Assembly (NCBI GenBank): GCA_963843145.1
Contig: CAWJJC010000028.1
Coordinates: forward strand, 384,001-448,000
Direction: 5' to 3'
DNA length: 64,000 nt
Origin: an uncultured delta proteobacterium
Lineage (GTDB): Bacteria > Desulfobacterota > RBG-13-43-22
Shown here: piece by piece, positions 1 through 9,069 of the stretch
Layout of the letters: each line of letters begins with the position of its first letter
Position numbering within the stretch: the first letter of the stretch is position 1
Made by a program: the position numbers and the translations under genes
The notes under the pieces: generated by a model
What the model saw: the letters and a program-made list of their open reading frames with translations, nothing else
Database searches by the model: none
Told to the model about the DNA's origin: nothing

Positions 1-2
1 TC

Positions 3-134
3 AGCAAACTTTATGACTTGGAGTTGGCCGGGAAGCTGATCCTCCGCGGCTACGAGAAAGTCAGGGTCCTGGAAGGGGGTCTGGCGGCCTGGGAGGAAAG
101 GGGTTTTCCCGTGGAAGAAAAGGAGAAGGAATGA
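3..134 (+). CDS. Rhodanese-like domain protein, C-terminal part (truncated by window edge)
   Basis: Frame 3 reads ...ELAGKLILRGYEKVRVLEGGLAAWEERGFPVE, the rhodanese C-terminal L-x-GG-x-x-x-W signature; TGA overlaps the next ATG (ATGA). Confidence 0.75.
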   Translation, partial: SKLYDLELAGKLILRGYEKVRVLEGGLAAWEERGFPVEEKEKE

Positions 135-634
135 TCGGGCCTTACCTCCGGGGAATGTTGACGAGCAAATATTTAGCTTTCGCACTCCGGTTGTGCGTGG
201 GAGGATTTTTCCTTTACGCCAGCATGAGCAAGATCGTTTACCCGGCTCAGTTTGCGGAAGCAACGGCCGATTACCGACTCTTGCCCTACTGGCTGCTTAA
301 TCCGGTGGCGGTGTTTTTGCCGTGGGTGGAGTTTGTCTGCGGGCTGTTCCTGGTTATCGGATTCACCTCGAGGGCTTCCGTCGTCTTTATTGGATTATTG
401 CTGGTGATGTTCAATATTATGGTACTGATCAACATGTACTGGGGGGCCTCCATCAGTTGCGGGTGTTACGATACTGTCGGTGAGCCCATCGGCTGGAAGA
501 AAATCGCTGAAAACATTCTTTTGCTGATCTTTACCATCCACATCTACTATTTTGATCGACTCTTACAGTTTCGCCGGGGAGGCCGGACTGATCCGGCAAA
601 AATCATGGTCCCTTCTCCTAATACTTCACGATAG
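131..634 (+). CDS. MauE/DoxX family membrane protein
   Basis: Four hydrophobic segments, LPWVE and I-S-C-G-C motifs. Confidence 0.85.
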   Translation: MIGPYLRGMLTSKYLAFALRLCVGGFFLYASMSKIVYPAQFAEATADYRLLPYWLLNPVAVFLPWVEFVCGLFLVIGFTSRASVVFIGLLLVMFNIMVLINMYWGASISCGCYDTVGEPIGWKKIAENILLLIFTIHIYYFDRLLQFRRGGRTDPAKIMVPSPNTSR

Positions 635-643
635 GGGTCTCCC

Positions 644-988
644 ATGGGTGTAACTCCAAAATCCTTTTTTCATTATCGGTTGCCGTCTCTTTTTCTGCTA
701 TTGATCCTCGTAACCGCCTGCGGCTCAAAAAACGAAGTCGCCGGAAACTATCAGGCCTCGGGAAGAGACTTCCCCGGAGAGGCCACGACCGTTCTGGAGC
801 TCAAGGCCAATGGAGACGGCGCCTGGAAATCAGGCGGTGAAGAAATACCCTTCTCCTGGTACCTCAAGGGCGCTGAGCTTAGAATTAACACCAAAGGGGG
901 CGGAGTCATCGTCGGCGACATCGAAAGGGATACTATTCGCCTTACCCTTCCAGGCAGCAAGCAGTTAACTTTTCGGAAAATCAGGTGA
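644..988 (+). CDS. Hypothetical lipoprotein
   Basis: Hydrophobic signal ending in lipobox VTA-C. Confidence 0.65.
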   Translation: MGVTPKSFFHYRLPSLFLLLILVTACGSKNEVAGNYQASGRDFPGEATTVLELKANGDGAWKSGGEEIPFSWYLKGAELRINTKGGGVIVGDIERDTIRLTLPGSKQLTFRKIR

Positions 989-1044
989 CCAATGCTTTAT
1001 CCGATTACTGAAGGCCTGAAATTCGGCTTTACCGGCAGAGAAAC

Positions 1045-1806
1045 ATGGATTGGGAAAACGACCCGGCCTATTACGGTAAAATACTAACCGGCCATTACAG
1101 CCAGGCGCTTAAAGAGCGGGTGGCAAAATGTATAGCCAATAATCGCGCTTTCGAAGATACGGGAAACCCCGCTATCTGTTATATCGCCGCCTGGCATGAA
1201 AAAGATCGCATCATCTGGTACGAATTCGCCAGCAGTCGATTAAGCGAGTTGTTGGGTTGTGAAGCTTGTCAAGTAGCTGAAGTCTTCCGCCGCAGCGTGG
1301 TCGAGCGGCGCGTCTACAAATACCAAACGGATGAACCTGGAATAAAAAAAGAAATCATCCGCCGACCGGAACTGACCAGTTTCCGAAAACAGTTGCGCGA
1401 GGAGGTAAAAAAGACCGGTGTTATCGAGGCGGTTTATAAGCTTTCTTTATCCGCCGGTCGTTCTTTTTGGCTGAAGGATCAGGCCGAGATAGAAAGGCAT
1501 CCGAGGGACCACTCCAGCATCTCCCTTGGCTGCCTGACCGAGGTCTCCAAAGAAATGGAAGCCGCGGAAGAACGGGAGAGGCTGGTGGTAGAGCTTCAGG
1601 ATGCTTTATCCAAGGTCAAACAGCTTAGCGGTTTGCTGCCCATCTGTGCTTCCTGCAAAAAAATACGGGACGACCAAGGATATTGGAATCAGATCGAGGA
1701 ATATATTCGGAATCACTCCGAAGCCGATTTCAGCCACGGCCTTTGCCCCCCCTGCATCGAAAAACTTTATCCCGATTATGTTAGAAATAAAGGCAACAGG
1801 GATTAA
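1045..1806 (+). CDS. PAS-like sensor with C-terminal Cys/His metal-binding tail
   Basis: C-terminal LLPICASCKKIRDDQGYW...FSHGLCPPC motif common in deltaproteobacterial signalling proteins. Confidence 0.7.
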   Translation: MDWENDPAYYGKILTGHYSQALKERVAKCIANNRAFEDTGNPAICYIAAWHEKDRIIWYEFASSRLSELLGCEACQVAEVFRRSVVERRVYKYQTDEPGIKKEIIRRPELTSFRKQLREEVKKTGVIEAVYKLSLSAGRSFWLKDQAEIERHPRDHSSISLGCLTEVSKEMEAAEERERLVVELQDALSKVKQLSGLLPICASCKKIRDDQGYWNQIEEYIRNHSEADFSHGLCPPCIEKLYPDYVRNKGNRD

Positions 1807-1884
1807 ATGGTGCCATTTCAATTGGTAATTATTGAAGCTTTTTTTGACAACAGATCTCCTAATAATAAAAAATGAGGGCAAAGA

Positions 1885-2349
1885 ATGTATTTCGAGGAAT
1901 TTGTGGTTGGTGCTGAATTCGCTACTGGCCCGCGGCAGATAATCGATGCCGAGGTGACCGCTTTTTTGGATCTCTCCTTGCTTAAGAACCCGATTTTCAT
2001 GGATGACCAGGCCGCCCGGACAGTTGGGCACCCCAAACGCATTCTTCCGGCCCCGTTATTAATTAGTATGGCCATGGGCTTATGTCAGCAACGGGGGCTT
2101 TTCGACCATATGGTCGCAGTCTTGGAGTTCGAATACGTCAAGTTCCAGAGACCCAGCTATCTCGGGGATTCGGTCCAGGTAAAAAGCCGGGTAGTCCTGG
2201 CTCGACCGACCAAGAACCTTGGCCGGGGACTGGTCAAAATACGTTTTGAGCTCCACAATCAACGCCGGGAGTCCGTATTGGAAATGCAGGCGGTATATTT
2301 GATGGTGCGCCGGCCACCCGAGAAATCTATTTTGCCAACCACCCCTTGA
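1885..2349 (+). CDS. MaoC family dehydratase (hot-dog fold)
   Basis: YFEEF.VG, NPIFMD..A and F..P.Y.GD motifs. Confidence 0.8.
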   Translation: MYFEEFVVGAEFATGPRQIIDAEVTAFLDLSLLKNPIFMDDQAARTVGHPKRILPAPLLISMAMGLCQQRGLFDHMVAVLEFEYVKFQRPSYLGDSVQVKSRVVLARPTKNLGRGLVKIRFELHNQRRESVLEMQAVYLMVRRPPEKSILPTTP

Positions 2350-2384
2350 AGAAGCTATAGGGCTTATTAAGAAAATCTCCTTGC

Positions 2385-3223
2385 ATGGACAAGCTGATCA
2401 TTACCGCGGCCTTAACCGGCGCCGCCCCAACCAAGGAGCAAAACCCCGCCGTCCCTTACAGTCCGGAGGAAATCGCGACCGAAGCCCTGCGGTCCTGGCG
2501 GGCCGGAGCCGCTATCGTGCATATCCATGTTCGCGATCCCCAAAGCGGGAAGCCGGCCTTTGAAAAGGAACTCTTCGCCGAGGCGGTGGAGCGAATCCGG
2601 GCGGAGAGCGATGTGCTCATCAACCTGACCACCAGCGCTTTTAACCTGGAAGGACCGGAAGTGGGGCTCCGGCGCCTTATGCCTTTGGAACTGGAACCCG
2701 ACCTCTGCTCCCTGGATGTGGGCAGCCTCAATTTCCGGGGGGACGGGTCTTCAGCAATCCGCCGGATTGGGTGGAGACAGCCGCCTCCGCAATGCGGAAG
2801 GCCGGCGTGAAACCCGAACTGGAGGTCTTCGACCTGGGGCATATTCGCCAGGCCATCGATCTGGTGAAAAGGGGGCTTCTGGACGATCCGCCCTATTTTC
2901 AAATCTGTTTGGGAGTACCCTGGGGGATAAACGGCGACTTGGAGGGACTCCTGGCCATGAAGAACCGCCTGCCCATAGATTGTCAGTGGTCCGTAATGGG
3001 AGTAGGACCCAATCAGCTCCCGTTGACCACCCAGGCGTTGCTGATGGGTGGTCATATTCGAGTGGGATTTGAAGACAACCTCTACCTGAGCCGGGGGGTG
3101 AAAGCCGACTCCAATGCCCGGTTTGTGGAACGGTCCGCGGCCCTGGCGAAGCTGCTGGACCGGGAGGTGGCTTCCTGTGACGAGGCGCGGCAGATCCTTT
3201 GCTTGCCCCGGAACGAGAAATAA
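2385..3223 (+). CDS. Beta-keto acid cleavage enzyme (BKACE/DUF849, Kce-like), split by a 1-nt deletion in the G-run at 2737-2742
   Basis: IITAALTG, AGAAIVHIHVRD, KPELEVFD and GGHIRVGFEDNLY motifs lie across two ORFs; adding one G restores NFRGGRVFSNPPDW. Confidence 0.85.
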
Positions 3224-3309
3224 TAACTGTTCGCCATGAGGGGAAAAGCAAATGTTCAAGGCGGGCATCCCGAAGCATGAAAATAGGCTTTAAACGGGTC
3301 GAGTCGGTT

Positions 3310-3399
3310 CGTCATTCCGGACAAGCGAAGCGCGATCCGGAATCCAGGGCTCAGTTAAGCCTCAAAGGAACTGGATGCCGGATCGAGTCCGGCATGACG
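3310..3399. repeat. Palindromic REP/MITE-like element (GTCATTCC...GGAATCCAG...CTGGAT...GGCATGAC family)
   Basis: Nested inverted repeats; relatives at ~30174 and 49114. Confidence 0.7.
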
Positions 3400-3462
3400 G
3401 CAAAAACAAATGCCCAAGGTGGCGCCTGACATTATTTTCGTATTAAAAGGGAGCCAATATTC

Positions 3463-4395
3463 ATGCAGGAAGTCGGAATTATCGGCGCCGGAACCATGGG
3501 CCACGGCATCGCCCAATGTTTCGCCGTCAAAGGGTGGCAGGTAAGGCTTTACGATGTCAACCGAGAGGTCCTCCGCAGCGCTCCGGCCCGCATCCGGTCT
3601 AATCTGGAACTTTTTCTGGAAGCCGGGTGGGCTAAACCGGAGGCCGTCGATGCAGCCCTTCAGAATATTGCTTTAGTCGAAGACCTGCCTTCGACCGTCC
3701 TGGACCTCGGGCTGATCATCGAGACGGTTAGTGAGGAACTGGATCTCAAGCGCCGTCTCTTTGCGGAATTGGAGAAACTGACCCGCCCGGAGACCATCCT
3801 CTGCAGCAATACCTCGGCCCTGAGCATTACTTCCATCAGCCGGGGCCTGAAGCATCCGGAACGGGTCTTGGGTACCCATTTCTGGAATCCACCCCATATC
3901 CTGCCCTGCGTGGAAGTAATCAAAAGCGAAACCACTTCCTGCCGGATTTTTGAAGAAGTCGTCTTCCTGTTGGCCGGTTTGGGAAAGGAACCGATCCGGG
4001 TTCTCCGGGATGTGCCCGGGTTCGTGGGCAACCGCATGCAGCACGCCCTGCAGCGGGAGGCCATGAACTTGGTGGACCAGGGGATTGCCGCGCCGGAGGA
4101 GGTGGACCGGGTGGTCAAATTCGGCTTTGGCTTGCGCCTGGCCCTGATGGGACCGTTGGAGCGGTCCGACTGGGGTGGGCTGGACATCACGTACCAGGTC
4201 CAGAAATATCTTCTGCCCTATCTCTGTAATGATACCAACCCTTCGCCGCTGCTGAGCCAAAAAGTGGCTGCCGGGGAGTTGGGAGCCAAGACCGGACAGG
4301 GCTGGTTTGACTGGCCGGAGGAGAAAAAGGCTCGGGCCATTCAGAAACGAGACCGTAAATTGATGGCGCTGATCCATTTTCTAAAGGAACCTTGA
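3463..4395 (+). CDS. 3-hydroxyacyl-CoA dehydrogenase family protein
   Basis: GAGTMG Rossmann motif, SNTS, HFWNPP, PGFVGNR, LGAKTGQG. Confidence 0.9.
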   Translation: MQEVGIIGAGTMGHGIAQCFAVKGWQVRLYDVNREVLRSAPARIRSNLELFLEAGWAKPEAVDAALQNIALVEDLPSTVLDLGLIIETVSEELDLKRRLFAELEKLTRPETILCSNTSALSITSISRGLKHPERVLGTHFWNPPHILPCVEVIKSETTSCRIFEEVVFLLAGLGKEPIRVLRDVPGFVGNRMQHALQREAMNLVDQGIAAPEEVDRVVKFGFGLRLALMGPLERSDWGGLDITYQVQKYLLPYLCNDTNPSPLLSQKVAAGELGAKTGQGWFDWPEEKKARAIQKRDRKLMALIHFLKEP

Positions 4396-4438
4396 CTTCT
4401 CCGATTGTTTTAGTTAGACTAGTCTTATACTAGTCTAA
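4392..4438 (+). promoter_or_regulatory. Sigma70 promoter with antitoxin operator palindrome
   Basis: TTGACT-17-TAGACT; perfect 10-bp inverted repeat TTAGACTAGT-N5-ACTAGTCTAA (4414-4438) just upstream of the TA operon. Confidence 0.7.
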
Positions 4439-4458
4439 AATCTCGGAAGGGAAAAGCG

Positions 4459-4698
4459 ATGGAACCCATTGGGGCCTACGAGGCCAAAACCCATCTTCCC
4501 AAACTGCTGGAACGGGTGGCGGCGGGAGAAAAGTTTCTGATTACCAAACATGGGCTTCCCGTGGCGGTTTTGCAGTCCCCGGCACCTCAAAGGAAATCCG
4601 ATCCCCGGGAGATCATTGCCGAACTACGCAAATTCCGTAAAAAAAACAGGCTTCGGGGCCTTTCCATTCGTGCCCTGATTGAGGAAGGTCGGCGGTAA
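4459..4698 (+). CDS. Phd/YefM family antitoxin
   Basis: IGAYEAKTHLPKLL...ITKHG.PVA motif. Confidence 0.9.
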   Translation: MEPIGAYEAKTHLPKLLERVAAGEKFLITKHGLPVAVLQSPAPQRKSDPREIIAELRKFRKKNRLRGLSIRALIEEGRR

Positions 4699-5121
4699 AT
4701 GGGCTTGGACTTGGTGATCGACAATTCGGTGGTCATGGCTTGGTGCTTCCAGGATGAGGTCGGTCATGAGGCGGATTCCATCCTGGATGGACTGGAACAG
4801 GGAAAGGCCTTCGTCCCTTCCATCTGGCCTTTAGAGGTTGGTAATGTACTGCTGGTGGCCGAACGACATCGTCGCTTGGGTGAAGGGGACAGCGCCCGCT
4901 TTTTGGCGTTGTTGTCCGAACTGCCGATCATTGTGGATCAGGAACCTCCGGAAAGGATGTTTAAAGAGATTCTGGCCCTGGCCCGACAGCAAAAAATCTC
5001 CACCTACGATGCCTCCTATCTGGATCTGGCTATGCGGAAAGGGCTTCCTCTGGCGACCCTGGACCGAAAACTTACCGCCGCAGCTCAAAGAAGCCAGGTT
5101 CCACTGTTCAAAACCGATTAG
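4699..5121 (+). CDS. vapC: VapC PIN-domain toxin
   Basis: VIDNSV, WPLEVGN, YDASYLDLA, LATLD acidic PIN motifs; directly follows antitoxin. Confidence 0.9.
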   Translation: MGLDLVIDNSVVMAWCFQDEVGHEADSILDGLEQGKAFVPSIWPLEVGNVLLVAERHRRLGEGDSARFLALLSELPIIVDQEPPERMFKEILALARQQKISTYDASYLDLAMRKGLPLATLDRKLTAAAQRSQVPLFKTD

Positions 5122-5190
5122 TTCTATTTTTGGGCCACGGTTTAACTTGCGGATTAATCCGTTTCCTTGTCCCGTGCCGGGGGAGTCTCC

Positions 5191-7875
5191 ATGGACCAGC
5201 GAAAAGTCTTGTATCTGATCGACGGCAGTTCGTATATCTACCGGGCCTTTTACGCCATTGCCCACCTGTCCAACAGCAAAGGGATGCCCACCCAGGCCAT
5301 ATACGGTTTCGTCCAGATGGTGAACAAGGTTCTGGAGGAGCAGGAACCCCAATACCTGGCCCTGATCTTTGATGCCAAAGGGCCCACCTTTCGGCACCAG
5401 ATTTTTCCGGAGTACAAGGCCAACCGGCCCCCCATGCCGGAGGCCCTCCAGGTCCAGATTCCCTATATCAAAGCGGTCAGCCGGGGCTACGGCTTCCCCA
5501 TCTTGGAGAAGGAGGGGCTGGAGGCCGATGACCTGATCGGCACCCTGGCTTTGGAGGCGGAGAGAAAAGGGTTTGAGGTGGTCATCGTTTCCGGCGATAA
5601 GGACCTGATGCAGCTTATTTCCAAAAAGGTCTGGATGTGGGACACCCTGAAGGATCAAGTCTTTGACTTGAAAACCGTCCAGGAACGCTTCGGCACCACC
5701 CCGGATCATGTTCCCGACGTGATGGGCCTGTCGGGCGACAGCAGTGACAATATCCCCGGTGTTCCGGGCATCGGGGAGAAGACGGCGGTAAAACTGATCC
5801 AGGCCCATGGTTCCCTGGATAAGCTGCTGGAGAACCTGCCCAACGTCGCTCCCCCCAAGGTGCGGGAAAAAATTACCGCCTTTCAGGAACAGGCCCGCCT
5901 GTCCCGTCGGCTGGCAACTATCGACACCGGGGTTGTCCTGGATCTTTCCGTGGAGGAACTGAAGCCGGGGGCGGCGGATACGGAAAAATTAAAGGCCTTG
6001 TTTACTGAACTCGAGTTTAAAAAATTTCTGGACGGGTTGGGGGAGGTGGCGGAGGTGCGCGACCACCCCCGGGACTATCAAGGGGTTTTCGACCTGAAAG
6101 ACCTGGAGGGAATTATTGAACAAATCAAGAAAGCCGGCCGGGTGTCCCTGGACCTGGAAACGACCTCGCCGGACCCGATTCGGGCCGAGATTGTGGGTAT
6201 CGCCCTCTCCTGGAAGGAAGGTGAGGGGTTTTATCTCCCCGTGGGGCACACCTATTTAGGCGTCCCCGATCAACTACCGCGGGACCGGGTGCTGGCCGAT
6301 CTGACCGACCTGATTCAAGATTCCCGGATCGAAAAGATCGGTCAGAATATCAAGTACGAATGGCTAGTTCTGCGCCGCTACGGGTTGGATTACCAGGGGA
6401 TCGCCTTCGACACCATGCTGGCCTCCTACCTGCTCAACCCCGGCCGTCGGGCTCACAACCTGAATCAGATCGCCTGGGAACACCTCAATCAAAAACTGAT
6501 CACCTACAAGGAAGTGGTGGGCTCGGGTCCCAAGGCCTTGAATTTCAGTGCCGTGCCGGTGAACCGGGCCGTGGAGTACGCGGCTGAGGATGCGGAGGTC
6601 ACCCTGACGCTGGCGGACTTGCTGGGACCGCTGCTGATCAAAGAGGGGTTGGACGATCTGTTCAGGGAAATGGAAATGCCTTTGATCACCGTGCTGGCCG
6701 AAATGGAGTGGCAGGGTATTCGGATCGACAGCCGGTCTCTCAGCGATCTGTCCAAGGAGTTAGAGGGGAAATTAAATCAGATCGAGGAGCAGGTCTACAC
6801 CCTGGCCGGGGAACGCTTCAATCTCAACTCCCCGCAGCAGATGAGCCGGATCTTGTTCGAAAAACTGCAACTGCCCGCCGCCAAGAAAACCAAGGGGAAA
6901 AGCCACAGTTCCACGGACGCCGAGGTCCTCCGGGACCTGGCCGTGCAATACCCGATCGCCGCGGAAATCTGGAACTATCGAACCTTAAGCAAGCTGAAAT
7001 CCACCTACGTCGACGCCCTACCGAAGCTGATCAACCCGGAGACCGGACGGCTGCATACCTCCTTCAACCAGACCGTGACGGCTACCGGTCGGTTGAGCAG
7101 CAGCGAGCCCAATCTGCAGAACATTCCGGTACGCACCGAGGAGGGGCGCCGCATCCGACAGGCCTTTGTGGCCGAACCCGGTTGGGTGCTGCTGTCGGCC
7201 GACTATTCCCAGATCGAACTGCGGGTCATGGCCCATTACAGTCAGGACCCCAACTTGATGGCCGCCTTTCAAGCCGGGGAGGATGTGCATACCCGCACGG
7301 CCGTCGAATTGTTCAACGTGCCTTCCGATAAGGTGACCGCGGATATGCGTCGCCAGGCCAAGGTGATCAATTTCGGGATCATCTACGGCATGAGCGCCTT
7401 CGGTTTATCCAAGGAATTGGGGATCGGGGCCCGGGAGGCCCAGGAGATGATCGACCAGTATTTTCTAAAATATGAAGGCGTAAAACGCTTTCTGGATCAG
7501 ACGCTGGAGGAAGCGCGGGAAAACAGGTTTGTCACCACCCTCTTCAACCGGCGCCGGATCATCGAGGAAATCAACAGCTCCAACCGGGTGGCCCGCCAAT
7601 TCGCCGAACGAACGGCCATCAACACCCCCATTCAGGGGAGCGCCGCCGACCTGATCAAGATGGCCATGATTGTGATTGACCGGGAAATGAAAAAGCAGGG
7701 TCTGCGGGCCCGTATGCTCCTTCAGGTGCATGACGAACTGGTGTTCGAAGCCCCGGAGAAGGAAGTCGAGGCGCTGAAAAAACTGGTCAAGCAGCACATG
7801 GAAGCGGCTATGGAATTGCGGGTCCCGCTGCTGGTGCAGATCTCCACGGGGCGGAATTGGGCCGAGCTTAAATAG
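5191..7875 (+). CDS. polA: DNA polymerase I
   Basis: LIDGSSYIYRAFYA, EADD, TGRLSSSEPNLQNIP, ADYSQIELR, LQVHDELVFE. Confidence 0.98.
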   Translation: MDQRKVLYLIDGSSYIYRAFYAIAHLSNSKGMPTQAIYGFVQMVNKVLEEQEPQYLALIFDAKGPTFRHQIFPEYKANRPPMPEALQVQIPYIKAVSRGYGFPILEKEGLEADDLIGTLALEAERKGFEVVIVSGDKDLMQLISKKVWMWDTLKDQVFDLKTVQERFGTTPDHVPDVMGLSGDSSDNIPGVPGIGEKTAVKLIQAHGSLDKLLENLPNVAPPKVREKITAFQEQARLSRRLATIDTGVVLDLSVEELKPGAADTEKLKALFTELEFKKFLDGLGEVAEVRDHPRDYQGVFDLKDLEGIIEQIKKAGRVSLDLETTSPDPIRAEIVGIALSWKEGEGFYLPVGHTYLGVPDQLPRDRVLADLTDLIQDSRIEKIGQNIKYEWLVLRRYGLDYQGIAFDTMLASYLLNPGRRAHNLNQIAWEHLNQKLITYKEVVGSGPKALNFSAVPVNRAVEYAAEDAEVTLTLADLLGPLLIKEGLDDLFREMEMPLITVLAEMEWQGIRIDSRSLSDLSKELEGKLNQIEEQVYTLAGERFNLNSPQQMSRILFEKLQLPAAKKTKGKSHSSTDAEVLRDLAVQYPIAAEIWNYRTLSKLKSTYVDALPKLINPETGRLHTSFNQTVTATGRLSSSEPNLQNIPVRTEEGRRIRQAFVAEPGWVLLSADYSQIELRVMAHYSQDPNLMAAFQAGEDVHTRTAVELFNVPSDKVTADMRRQAKVINFGIIYGMSAFGLSKELGIGAREAQEMIDQYFLKYEGVKRFLDQTLEEARENRFVTTLFNRRRIIEEINSSNRVARQFAERTAINTPIQGSAADLIKMAMIVIDREMKKQGLRARMLLQVHDELVFEAPEKEVEALKKLVKQHMEAAMELRVPLLVQISTGRNWAELK

Positions 7876-7938
7876 GGCGACACAAGCCGGGGTCTGTTCG
7901 TCGGGAGGCCCAGGGGAAAAACAACCGCCCATTAAACG

Positions 7939-8060
7939 GTAGGGCAGGCGTCTCGCCTGCCGGCCTGGCAATGAGGATCGCTGATTAATTGACCGTGGTC
8001 AGGTTTGATACCTAGGTGACTTGGGAAACCGAGAAGGTCGGCGGGGACACCGAACCTGCG
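7939..8060. repeat. REP-like hairpin (GTAG-GGCAGGCG-TCT-CGCCTGCC) with degenerate partner
   Basis: GTAG tetranucleotide followed by a perfect 8-bp stem, typical of REP elements. Confidence 0.5.
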
Positions 8061-8099
8061 AAAGACAAGACACAAGCATAGTCCCTCTAAGTTTGAACG

Positions 8100-8438
8100 T
8101 CAGGTCGGCACCTGCCATTTCAGCCCCGGGAACCTGGCATAGTCGCGATCGAGGGTAATCCATTCACAGCCCGACTCGATGGCCAGGGCCGCGAACCAGG
8201 CAAGGTTGCCGCGGGCGTTCGCCTCGAGGCACAGGCGGGTAAATATGTCTCAATGGCGTTCCCCCGGTTGGATGATCAGACCGTGGGGTTGGGCTAACAG
8301 GATTTCACAGAATCCGACAACCTCATCCAGGCCACTCGGTTCCTTAAACACCTTCGGATGGGTGGTAATTCGAATAAGGCCGCTCAAAATCTGGGGTGAC
8401 AACCCAAAACGTCCCTCACCGTTGAACACCCCCTTCAG
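8100..8438 (-). pseudogene. vapC: VapC PIN toxin pseudogene
   Basis: Reads ...SGLIRITTHPKVF...PGERH*DIF...ARGNL-AWFAALAIESGCEWITLDRDYARFPGLKW; N-terminus missing, Trp codon changed to TGA (8250-8252), conserved xxD before AWFAA deleted. Confidence 0.8.
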
Positions 8439-8582
8439 TATGTCAAATAGAAAAAACCGGCCCGGTACGGGTAAATAAATTTGATTGATATTATAGTAAA
8501 AATCCGATAAAAAGATAGGTGATTCAGATTACAAAAAGAGAGTCATCGTTAACCCTCACCCTGGAGGAAGCCGATCCAAACC

Positions 8583-8620
8583 AAAGCCTCGTTCTAAATT
8601 CTTAAAACGGGGCTTTTTTT
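8583..8620 (+). terminator. Rho-independent terminator
   Basis: AAAGCCTCGTT...AACGGGGCTTT stem followed by T-tract. Confidence 0.65.
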
Positions 8621-8669
8621 ATGCGGAGAGGGATTTGTTTCGCCTGGGTCCGGTTTATAAACAAGAAAG

Positions 8670-9010
8670 CTAAAGAGCCAGGCTTAATCTAAGTGCCCGG
8701 TCAACCTCTTCCATTTTCTTCTCTTCAATGATGCCCAATCTTTTTTCCAGTCGATCTTTGGAAACCGTGAGGATTTGGCCGGTTTTTATGATGGAGGGTT
8801 TAGTCAATCCTCCCTGGGGTGGTTCGATCAAGACATTCATGGGATAAATTCTGATGGTGGCCGAAAGGGCGGCGACAATCGTGGTGGAGGCATGTTCATT
8901 GCCAATATCGTTTTGAATAACCAGCGCGGGCCTTTTCCCCGCCTGTTCGCTTCCGCGACCAGGATTCCAGTTGACCAGCCAAATTTCACCGCTTCGGGGA
9001 AAGTTTTCAT
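8670..9010 (-). pseudogene. mazF: MazF/PemK family toxin, frameshifted near start (missed by ORF track)
   Basis: GEIWLVNWNPGRGSEQAGKRPALVIQNDIGN...QILTVSKDRL...VDRALRLSL; the ATG at 9010 is 1 nt out of frame (341 nt total). Confidence 0.85.
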
Positions 9011-9069
9011 CGCAACATTTCCATTTCTATATATTAAACGGGACTTTCTGGTTAGGAAAGGTCATCGAA

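Noticed and set aside
4831-7971. Long antisense and alternate-frame ORFs over polA (and similar ones elsewhere)
   Set aside because: Shadow ORFs of GC-rich coding sequence with no recognisable motifs.
8250-8252. In-frame TGA in the vapC relic as possible selenocysteine
   Set aside because: Position corresponds to Trp (TGG to TGA), and the gene also lacks its N-terminus and a catalytic Asp; ordinary decay.
8971-9069. N-terminal extension of the BTAD regulator from TTG 8971
   Set aside because: Overlaps the mazF relic on the other strand; ATG 9070 has an RBS and gives a family-typical start.
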